64,000 nucleotides of DNA, from the NCBI RefSeq assembly GCF_006345805.1, contig NC_043001.1, forward strand, positions 84,568,001 through 84,632,000, read 5' to 3'. This stretch comes from Octopus sinensis. Its lineage: Eukaryota. A model generated the notes under the pieces. The model searched no databases. It had not been told where the DNA came from and worked only from the letters and a program-made list of their open reading frames with translations. The translations under genes and the position numbers were made by a program. Shown here piece by piece: positions 53,432 through 64,000 of the stretch (its first letter is position 1; each line of letters starts with the position of its first letter).

Positions 53432-54156
53432 GTGCTCAATGGATGTGGGATGGTGAACATTCAACGCTGAAAAGAGAAATCAAACAGCGTTTCAACTTTG
53501 TGCGAATATATGTGTGTGTGTGTGTGCGCGTGATTGCCCGGGACAAGCTAGTTTATTTTATAAAATCCTAGGGTGTATTGCAAACGTTTGTTCTTGAATT
53601 TTTCTAATAAATGTCAGTTTTAAACAATGCTTTGACTGTTATTTCTAGCAACTCCTATTGGCTTGTTTGTTCGTAGCTTTCAAATATTTAATTTGCTCGC
53701 AAATGTTTTAAGGTTAACTTCATTTTGTATATTTTAATGTTTTGACTGTTATTTCTAGCAATGTTTTGACAAGCCGATACCTCGATCCGTCCCCCGATTA
53801 TGGAAAAGGCAGCGAACACTGATTGGCTGAAAATTCTGAAAATTAGCCAACTTTGAACACCTGTAACAATTTTGCAAAATTTTTCTGGTACGAACGAATA
53901 ACAAATTCGGATTCAGCGTAAAAAAAATTACATCTGATTGATTCTAGTTTCAGCTTATGAGCTGTGGCCATGCTGGGGCACCGCCATTTCTATATGATAT
54001 TTTAGAAAAATTTTTTCAAAGATTATTGTAAACAGAAACGAGAACCACAAAGATCCGAAAAATCCTCTAAGAAAACCACAAGACTTTTCGATTCTGATTT
54101 TCACAATACTGGCACTGCATGTACCCTATTATAATTATAAATTAATTATAAAGTTT
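52982..54156. repeat. Segment bounded by diverged ~90-115-bp inverted repeats (possible non-autonomous element)
   Basis: 52982-53074 is approximately the reverse complement of 54042-54156. Confidence 0.55.
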
Positions 54157-54501
54157 TGGATTTACCATTTATCGGCTTTTGCTTGTTGGCCACCCATATT
54201 GTTGTTACTATTCAGTTTACTAACGATAACAATTGATAATATCTACATAAATATTTTCGAATACTTATTCATTTAATCTATGTGCATATATATATATATA
54301 TATATATACACTTAAGCCTATATATGCACATATATGCACAGACACGTATATTCCATATATATATATATGTGTGTGTATGTGTGTGTGTGTGTGTAAATGT
54401 GCGTATACGCAACCGAATATGTGTATGCATGCATATAAGGATGCAAACGCATGCAAGCATGTATTCACATACATACGCACATATATACGCATACATGCAC
54501 G

Positions 54502-54611
<110 letters not shown>

Positions 54612-54654
54612 GACTGTCTGTCTGTCTGTCCATGTATCCATGTATCTAGTTAGC

Positions 54655-54687
<33 letters not shown>

Positions 54688-54806
54688 TTATGTATAAATA
54701 TATATTGTTACATATGCTAAATCTGATCACTTGCTGCGAAAATATACCCTTCAGACACATACATATATCACGCATATACACTTACATATCCGATAAATAC
54801 GTAATA

Positions 54807-54848
<42 letters not shown>

Positions 54849-55448
54849 TACACACACACATACATACATACATACATACATGCATACATACATACATACA
54901 TACATACATACATACATACATACATACATACATACATACATACATACATACAATTATGCACAATCGCATACTTATTCATTTTCCAGGTACACATTCACTT
55001 ACGATATCCACATGTAAATTCATTTTCATATACACATACGTACTCACACATATTCACATGCTCCCCCTGTGTGTATATGAGAAAACCTATTAGCGTCGCT
55101 AAATTATTGATACAAAGAAATGATGTATCCATTTAATAATGTTTTTTAATCAAAAGCCATGCATAAGAGATATGAAAAATGAACATAAAAACGCACTGAA
55201 TGAATAATACTGACAAGAAAAGTTTATAAGACTTATTGAGGTGAAGGAGCAGTTAATGGAAAGGAATGGCAGGAAGGTAATGGATTGATACTGTGTTGAT
55301 AGAAATGAACAGGTATTGCTGTGGGGGTAAGAAGCTCGTTTTACAACCACGAGGTTTTGAGTTCAGTACCACAGCGCAGCAACTTGAGTGTCTTCTACTA
55401 TAGCCCCGGATGACCAATGCTTTGTGAGTGAATTAGATAGACAGAAAC

Positions 55449-55815
55449 ATTTCGGCTGCCGCTACGTTCTGAGTTCAAATTCCGCCGAGGTCGACTTTGC
55501 CTTTCATCCTTTCGGGGTCGATCAAATAAGTACCAGTCACGCACTGGGGTCGATATAAGCGACTTAATACGTTTGTCTGTCCTTGTTTGTCCTCTCTGCG
55601 TTTAACCCCTTGTGGGTAGTAAAGAAATGTGTATTTCGTCTGCCGCTACGTTCTGAGTTCAAATTCCGCCGAGGTCGACTTTGCCTTTCATCCTTTCGGG
55701 TCGATAAATTAAGTACCAGTTACGCACTGGGGTTGATGTAATCGACTTAATCCGTTTGTCTGTCCTTGCTTGTCCCCTCTATGTTTAGCCCCTTGTGGGT
55801 AATAAAGAAATAAGA
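55449..55815 (+). mobile_element. Family A SINE tandem dimer
   Basis: Two near-identical bodies joined tail-to-body at gtaaagaaat-gtgtatttcgtctg. Confidence 0.8.
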
Positions 55816-56147
55816 AACACTGTCATGTGTGTGTCTTTGTGTTTGTCACCCTATCATCATCACCACTTAATATGCGTTAGATAAGACATTGGGATCAGTC
55901 GAAGAGAAAATAAAATTAAAGATTAGCGATTGCTTTTCGTAAGCATCGTCGATTTTTACAATCCTGTAAGGAATAATAATACTTTATAAGCTTAAAGCTT
56001 ATAAGCGATCTCCGTGATAATAGTTTAATAATGGAGCATATAAGCCCTCGACGGAAAGAAGTAGGTTTTCTCGTACGCGTGTATATATATATACACACAC
56101 ACACGCGCGCACACACACAAACACAAACTTTCATAACACATGAAAAG

Positions 56148-56192
56148 TGTCGCTGAAGAGGTCACAGATGTATGACGAAAGATTTTCGGACA
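56148..56192 (+). ncRNA. Type-I hammerhead candidate
   Basis: tgtcg-CTGAAGA-g-gtca(cagatgta)tgac-GAAA-gatt-TTC-ggaca. Confidence 0.6.
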
Positions 56193-56373
56193 ATGGACAT
56201 GAGTTAAAATAATAAAATAAGAACAGTAACGAACGAGTGAAGGAAAAAATGTATAGTGCGTGCGTTTATTTGGCAAAAAGAAAAAAAGAGACCCTCCTGA
56301 AATACAACAATATCTATTTCAACACACGATTTCACATTAGGAATATTGCAAAATGAAATGATAAATGTATATG

Positions 56374-56418
<45 letters not shown>

Positions 56419-56549
56419 GTATATATATATACATATATACATATAATTTACAGAAAACAAAATTCGAAGACAGGTGAAGTACCAACAATCAGGTGTTTTA
56501 GTTTAATAAATTTGTTTATATATGTATATCTAATTCTCTCTCTCTCTCT

Positions 56550-56591
<42 letters not shown>

Positions 56592-56744
56592 ATGTATGTG
56601 TCCCCGCGTATGTGTATGTGCGATTGTCTGCATGTGTGTGTAGATGATTTATGTGTTTATGTGAGTCCGTGTGTAATTTAGACTAACAAAACAATACTGA
56701 ATAACTACAAATGAACGTTACCTCCACCACGAACAAGAACAACA

Positions 56745-56822
56745 ACAACAACAAATACGACAACAACAACAAATACGACAACAACAACAAATACGACAAC
56801 AACAACAAATACGACAACAACA
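56745..56822. repeat. 18-bp minisatellite (aacaacaaatacgacaac) x4
   Basis: Directly visible tandem repeat. Confidence 0.85.
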
Positions 56823-57057
56823 ACAAGAACAATAACAGTCTCATCTCCAGAAGTTGCAGAAAGAAACACACTAACACAAGCACCCTGCTTCACAATCGTC
56901 CAATACTTCACTTAAATATATGTACTACTACTACTACTACCATTGCTACGACCAACACATTCCAGCACTCACTGCTACCCTCACACATCAGCTATATATT
57001 GTTGTACCGTCACAATACCAACACCACCATTAATCACCACTATCGACATCCCTCACT

Positions 57058-57089
<32 letters not shown>

Positions 57090-58191
57090 CATCGCCTACA
57101 CACTACATACCACAGCTCATCAACAGTAGTAGATTAACTTGAAAGTACAGTGTAATTTAAAAGTCTTCAACATTTGAATTCTTCTGTAAGTTGTTCGGTC
57201 GAATGGTATTAGCAAAAGACAGCAATTAGAGGCCGCTTATAACCTCATCCGTTTGATCAATTCTTCGGAGTTGTCCTGTTGAATGACTCGAAAAGTGGAC
57301 AGTACTGATAAACCACTTGTAACCTCAGACTTTCGGTCAGTTCTTTGTAGTTGTTCGAATGACGCAGTAAGTAGACAATACTTTGAGGCCGCTTCTAACA
57401 TCATACGTTTGGTAATTTCTTTGGAGATATTCTTCTAAATGATAGTAGAAAGAGGTAGTACTAAGAGGCCACTTACCCAATCTTTCGGCCGTTGTTGCTG
57501 TTTTATAACCACAGATCAATTCTGAGCGAGCTGACCAACTATAAAGTTAATTGTAGCTGACTGAACTATATTCTTACTACATTATCTAACGAAGTGTTTC
57601 TCAAATATTTTAAACTATCATCCCTTTCTTGTATTAATACTTTTTCAATAGCCACCCCTCGTTAAGATTCAACACTCCAACAAAAATTGCTGCCGACAGT
57701 TTGATCGTCATTAAAAGGTTACTGGAACATACATAAGGCATTTCATCAATATGTGAAATGTCAATACTACATTTCGACCTCCAAATGTCAATAGAATATT
57801 TCGACCTCCAATGTTACCAGATAATTTGGACTCAGAATAAGAATTGAAAATAATTTCGTAAATTAGAGCAATTAAGAGGAGCATCAAATTCCCCCAGTAT
57901 CCATATAAATTTTCCCACAGCTCCCCAGGTAGTAGTGTCACCCACATTGCGACGCATTTACCTAATGTGTCTTTCCTGTGGTTTTAGACGGTATTTTTTT
58001 CTTTTACTTGTTTTAGTCATTTGACTCCGGTCATGCTGGAGCACCGCTTTTAGTCGAGCAAATCGACCCCAGGACTTATTCTTTGTAAGCCTAGTACTTG
58101 TTCTATCGGTCTCTTTTGCCGAACCGCTAAGTTACGGAGACGTAAAACATCGGTTGTCAAGTGATGTTGTGGTGGGGGACAAACAGCCATA

Positions 58192-58243
<52 letters not shown>

Positions 58244-58719
58244 CATATACATATATACGACGGGCTTCTTTTCAGTTTCCGTCGAACAAATCCACTCACA
58301 AAGCTTTGGTCGACCCTAGGCTATAGTAGAACACACTTGCCCAAAGTACCACGCAGTGGGACTCAACCCGGAACCATGTGGTTGGTAAGCAATCTACTTA
58401 CCACACATCTACTCCTGCGCCTATACAAGGTATGATGAATTTTGAATGATTTAGTTGCTAGTGTTTGTAGGTACAACGACAACGCAGCGGCTCCCTGATC
58501 AAATCATTTTGGTGTTGTAGTGGAGAAGATTTTGTGAGGGCATCGCAGCGATTTCCCTACTCAGTTTTAGGGAAGACTGTTTTAAAGTTTTCAAGCGATG
58601 CTGTGTGCGCCAAGGCATACGCACACATACACTCACTGCGAGTGTGTATGCATGCGAGAGTGAGTGTGCATGTGTATAAGCGTGTTGGTGTCCCCATTTG
58701 AGTCACTCTACTATCACCC

Positions 58720-59100
58720 ACTCACTGGTGGAATATTCCAGTGAAAAATTCAATAAAATGTAAACACAATAGACCTGATATAATGATTTAGGAAGGAGAA
58801 GAGAATTTGCGTACAGTTGTGGAAATCAACTGCCCAGCGGATGTTAACGTAAAACCCAACGTCAGTGAAAATGAAAATACCTACGCTGAACTATTGAGAC
58901 ATCTACAGTTACTCTATCCAGATTACAATTTCAGGTTTATGCCTGTAACAATCGGGGCACTGGGAAATGTAACACTGCCTAAATACTAATCTTGAGAAAT
59001 TAGTCTTCTCGAAATCAGAAAGGAGGGAGCTGATTCAAAGACGACAGATCCAATTCCATCGCTGGAACTGAAAAATTCTGTAAAACTTGCCAGAAGTTTA
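58720..59100 (+). pseudogene. R4/Dong-type non-LTR restriction-like endonuclease remnant
   Basis: KHNRPDI...VVEINCPADVNV...ENTYAEL...PVTIGALG fits the RLE PD..D..K..Y motif. Confidence 0.7.
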
Positions 59101-59241
59101 TCATTTAAGTATATATGAGCTTGTTTAGATATGCAACTATATGCATGAAAATACATATATAAAGCAAAACATGCAAAACTGCACGCATACATACACACAT
59201 TTATAGAGATCCACCATCAGTAAATGTCTGAAAATACATAT

Positions 59242-59283
<42 letters not shown>

Positions 59284-59312
59284 GCGCGCACACACACACA
59301 CACATATACATA

Positions 59313-60330
59313 CTAGCAGTATCGTCCGGCGTTGCTCGTGTTTGTAAGGGAAATAACTATATAAGCATTTTTAGAGAGTTTCTTCCCTTATAGATGCCAA
59401 TTCGGGCTTTCTTAGCCATTTCTGTTTTGGTGTCTTCAAGCCATGAAGTCGTTGTTCTAAAAGAACGCTGGTCTCCTTGACAACGCATTACGACGTTGAG
59501 TTCCTTAAACTCCCTTCCCCACAGCTTCACGAGGGAGGGAAGAAGGGGGAGAAGCAAACACAGGTGCAGGTGTTTGAGCGTGGACGCCAACTCCGCCGCC
59601 ATCGACACACGAAATATTATGCATTAAAATGGAATAAAAAATGATGTTAAATTATTTTTAAAATCGTAGACTCATCGTAGACGCGCGCTAATACTCAGAC
59701 GGGCACGATATGAATCACGACTATAAGATACCCGAATTTGGTTAAACTGCACCGCAAAATGTGGGAGGAGTTAGGAATCTAAATCGAAGGGGACAGACAC
59801 TCACACAACTACAGTTTTATATATAAAGACTAGCAGTATCGCCCGGCGTTGCTCGGATTTGTAAGGGAAATAACTATATAAGCATTTTTAGAGAGTTACT
59901 TCCCTTGTAAATTCGGGCTTTCTTAGCCATTTTTGTTTTGGTGTCTTCAAGCCATGAAGTCGTTGTTCTAAAAGAACGCTGGTTTCCTTCACAACGCATT
60001 ACGACGTTGATTTCTTTACACTCCCTTCCCCACAGCTTCACGAGGGAGGGAAGAAGGGGGAGAAGCAAACAGGTGCAGGTGTGACCATGGACGCCAACTC
60101 CGCCGCCATCGACATACGATGCATTTTATGCATTAAAATGAAATAAAAAATGATGTTAAATTATTTTTAAAATCGTAGACTCATCGTTGACGCGCGCTAA
60201 TAGTCAGACGGGCTCGATATGAATCACGACTATAAGATACCCGAATTTGGTTAAACTGCACCGCAAAATGTGGGAGGAGTTAGGAATATAAATCGAAGGG
60301 GACAGACACTCACACAACTAGAGTTTTATA
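59313..60330 (-). mobile_element. Head-to-tail dimer of a non-autonomous Helitron
   Basis: Units 59313-59829 and 59830-60330. The minus-strand junction reads CTAG|TCTTTATATATAAAAC. Confidence 0.9.
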
Positions 60331-60981
60331 TATATATATATATATTATATATATATATATATATTATATATATATATATATATATACATATGCACGCGCG
60401 TGTGTGTGTGTATGTGTTTATTCCACCATCTCTTGACAACCGGTGTTGGCTTGCTTATGTCTCCTTAACTTAACAGTTCTGCCACAGAGATCGATAGAAT
60501 AAGTACCAGGTATATAATTAAAAAAAAAGTACTAGAGTCTATTGGTTTGACTAAAATTCTTCAAGGTGATGATCCAGCACGGCCACAATCTAAAGACTGA
60601 AATAAGTAAAAGCATATACACAAACACACATACATACATATACAAGTGTGTGTGTGTGTGTGAAAGAGAGAGAGAGAGAGGGAGAGAGAGAGTGAGTTTG
60701 CATTTCTAAGCAAAGAACAATTATTTCCCTATTAAAAGAATATTGGCAGAGATTCTTTCATTCAGATCAACATTTTGGCAGTGGCTAATGTCAATTACAC
60801 GGCATTTGTGAAGTTTTCCTTGACAAACACCGGATGCTTGTAGTGACTATCGCCTACGCTACTTATATACTTTTACACAAATGATCAACGGTACCTCTAT
60901 GTGGTCTCTCGGGCTGCTAGAAACCACTGTCGAAAATGACTGATACTCACACGTTACCATTGTGCAGATACAAAGAAAACA

Positions 60982-61246
60982 TAAAATAATAATAAATGCA
61001 CCCTTTTAAAGCCTAGCAAGGCTCATGGGCCCGGTTTTCCGGTTTCAATGGCGTATATGTTCTCCAGCTGGACGGGACGCCAGTCCAACGCAACGTTACT
61101 CATTTTTGCCAGCTGAGTAGACTGGAGCAACGTGAAATGAAGTGGTTTGCTCAAGAACATAACGCGTCGCCCGGTCCAGGAATCGAAACCATAATCTTAC
61201 AGTCATGATGCTGACACCCTAACCACTAAGCCACGCGCCCCCACAC
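60982..61246 (-). mobile_element. SINE family C with a 12-bp TSD (acaaagaaaaca)
   Basis: TSD at 60970-60981 and 61247-61258, tRNA head and V-like motif. Confidence 0.8.
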
Positions 61247-61706
61247 ACAAAGAAAACACAGCTAATGTAATCTTGCATGCCCTAAAAAGACAAGATGGCC
61301 ACGGCTGAAATGCTTTAGGCTATAGATTTATAAAATGGCTTAGTCTAAAATATTCAATATCCCATGATGTAGAGTAGCTCGAAAAAAGGATTCTTCATCG
61401 GCGGAAAATCTTACATAAGTATGATTTCGTTAAATCAGAACTTTTACCGAAGTCGCCATTATATGACGTTCAGAAATAGGATTTAGAATATAAAGTATTT
61501 GTAGAAATGCTCTAATCTAGTCACAGGCAAACAAAAAATTACCTTCATTTTTTTTTTTAATTATGAGATCAGCCTATATGCGAACCATTTATCATGCGGC
61601 CCACTTCTAGGAAAATGTTGCCCATACGTTGGATTAGAATGTAATCTAACTTGTATCTGGATTAGGACTATTTTTAGTGGATATATTGAGGTTTATCCCA
61701 TTTGTA

Positions 61707-62029
61707 GTGGCGGCGCAATGGCCCAGTGGCTAGGACAGTGGACTCGCGGTCGGAGGATCGCGGTTTTGATTCCCAGGCCGGGCGTTGTGTGTGTTTATTG
61801 AGCGAAAACACCTAAAAGCTCCACGAGGCTCCGGCAGTGGGGTGATGGCGACCCCTGTTGTACTCTTTCGTCCCAACTTTCTCTCACTCTTTCTTCCTGT
61901 TTCTTGAGTAACGCTGCGATGGACTGGCGTCCCATCCAGCTGGGAGGAACACATACGCCATAGAAAGCGGGAAACCGGGCCCATGAGCCTGGCTAGGCTT
62001 GAAAAGGGCACATAAATAAATAAATACAA
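61707..62029 (+). mobile_element. tRNA(Arg)-like SINE with V-domain-like motif and imperfect TSD
   Basis: Head tggcccagtggctagg..gactcgcgg..ggttttgattccc, gcgatggactggcgtcccatccag, and TSD atcccatttgta/atcctatttgta. Relatives at 20670-20897 and 62448-62752. Confidence 0.8.
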
Positions 62030-62984
62030 ATCCTATTTGTAAAAGAGATGCTGATGGAAGAGGAAATAAATTAATAATAACAACAATAAAATAGTTGATA
62101 AAATTCGATACTTTTGAATTGTAAATGAATTATATTAAGCCAGCAGTTAAACCATCTTGAACGTGAAATTCGTTAAGCATCGCCCAGTTGTCCATACAAT
62201 AAATTACCAGTGATGTAGTGGGGATTCATGTAGTTGAATAACTCCTTCTCTCCAAATTGTTAGCCCTACGAATAAATGAGAACAATTTTAAAATTACTTC
62301 TAATTAGTATCGAAGCAAATAAAATTTTCAGGGATGATTTTAAGTATCAAAATAGTCCCCACTATGCTTTCACTTTAATCTATTTCAAGAAGATTAAACA
62401 TACACTAGACTCCTCCATTATTTGAATTGCGTACTATTAAGTAAGAAGGAGTCACATGGCCTAGTCGTCAGAGCAGCGGACTCGCGGTCGAGGGATCGCG
62501 GGTTCGAATCTCAGACCGGGTGATGTGTGTGTTTATGAGCGAAACACCTAAGCTCCACGCGGCTCCGTCAGAAGGTAATAGCGAACTTCTGACTCTTTCG
62601 CCACAACTTTCTCTCACTCTTTCCTCCTGCATCTTGTAGCTCACCTGCGACGGACCAGCGTTCCATCCAGGTGGGGAGCCTATACGCCAAGGAAACCGGA
62701 AAAGCAGCCCTATGAGCCAAGCGTGGCTCGAGAAGGAACAAACAAACAAAAACAAGTAAGAACACAAGAACTAATCATACAACAGACCTCCCTAAATCCT
62801 CATGTTACTGACAGTACCGAGGACATCAGGGACTCTGGGTATCTGGTGATACTACAAGAGTTGAAATTGGTCAGTGAGCAAAACGTGCAACATTTTCTCT
62901 CCGTCACTAAACCCTTTGTTTAAGTACGGCGCTCCAGGTTTATATAGTGAAACTATGATCACTTGATGGTGATATGCTGGTTTC

Positions 62985-63594
62985 AAATTGGTTTCAAATT
63001 TTGGCACAAGGCCAGTAATTTCGGGGAAGGTGGTAAGCAAAATATATCGTCCTCAGAGCTCAACTGGTATTTATTTCATCGGCCCCGAAAGAATAAAAGG
63101 CAAAGTCGACCTGGGTGGAATTTGAACTCAGAACATAAAGACAGATGAAATGATGCTAAGCATTGTGCCCGGCGTGCTAACATTACTTATTTCTATATTG
63201 CCCACAAGGGGCTAAACATGGAGGAGACAAACAAGGACAAAGGGATTAAGTCGATTACATCAACCCTAGTGCGTAACTGGTACTTAATTTATCGACCCGA
63301 AAGAATGAAAGGCAAAGTCGACCTCGGCGGAATTTGATCTCAGAATGTAATGGCAGACAAAATACCTATTTCTTTACTACCCACAAGGGGCTAAACATAG
63401 AGAGAACATGCAAGGAAAGACAAACGGATTAAGTCGATTATATCGACGACAGTCCCTAACTGGTACTTATTTAATCGACCAGGAAAGGACGAACGGCAAA
63501 GTCGACCTCGGCGGAATTTGAACTCAGAACGTAACGGCAGACGAAATACGGCATTTCGCCCGGCGTGTTAACGTTTCTGCCAGCTCGCCGCCTT
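62985..63594 (-). mobile_element. Family A SINE trimer
   Basis: Three successive bodies with the Meta-like core. Full tRNA head at ~63594. Confidence 0.8.
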
Positions 63595-64000
63595 TCCACG
63601 ATGCTGATATATTGCAACAGGGAATATAAGAGAAGTTATCATCCACCACCTACTAACATATAATGCAAAAATATTACTTGGCAAGTAAGATTTCGGGTTA
63701 TTGGGGCCTTGCAAGAAAACATCATCTGCATGTGGTGCATCTAAGCTAAATTATTTCAGCTGAATCCACATCTATTCGAGATATATTGATGAGTAAAATT
63801 AAAATCAAAACATAATATAAAGTAGGACGGGTGGGGTGCCGAGGGATTCATTAGAGTGTCTGAAAAAATGCCTTGCAGATAAAATAAAATACCAATCAAA
63901 TACTACTGTTGAATGTATCGTCTATCACCTACATTCAAAATTGATGGCTTAGTACCTAAACTATAAATTGATTGCTAATCAGGAAAAGTGGGAGCTGGCA

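Noticed and set aside
61707-61780. tRNA-Arg gene
   Set aside because: It is a SINE head: the stems are imperfect and it continues into a SINE body with a TSD.

Overview
This is an AT-rich eukaryotic window saturated with microsatellites and transposable elements. It is intergenic or intronic, and I could not support any host exon. The SINE repertoire and the (TA)n/(CA)n/(TATC)n load suggest an octopus or other cephalopod genome (inference). Recognisable elements are a near full-length decayed Tx1/L1-clade LINE (27130-32916) with two remnants, a TIR-complete mariner pseudogene (12927-14216) with several relics, non-autonomous Helitrons including a head-to-tail dimer, Penelope-like element (PLE) RT and GIY-YIG fragments of two lineages, RTE and R4/Dong-type fragments, and three tRNA-derived SINE families. 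The main hidden signal is at RNA level: more than 15 type-I hammerhead ribozyme (HHR) motifs, intact or degenerate, from about 7 sequence families. They lie in non-coding, mostly (TA)n-embedded repeats with partial-tandem units (~509, ~358, ~498 nt) and/or head-to-head inversions, and their helix III is palindromic or nearly so. This looks like a diverse retrozyme-like, non-autonomous PLE system. One family has an unusual 68-nt branched helix II. All folds were made by eye and no activity was tested.
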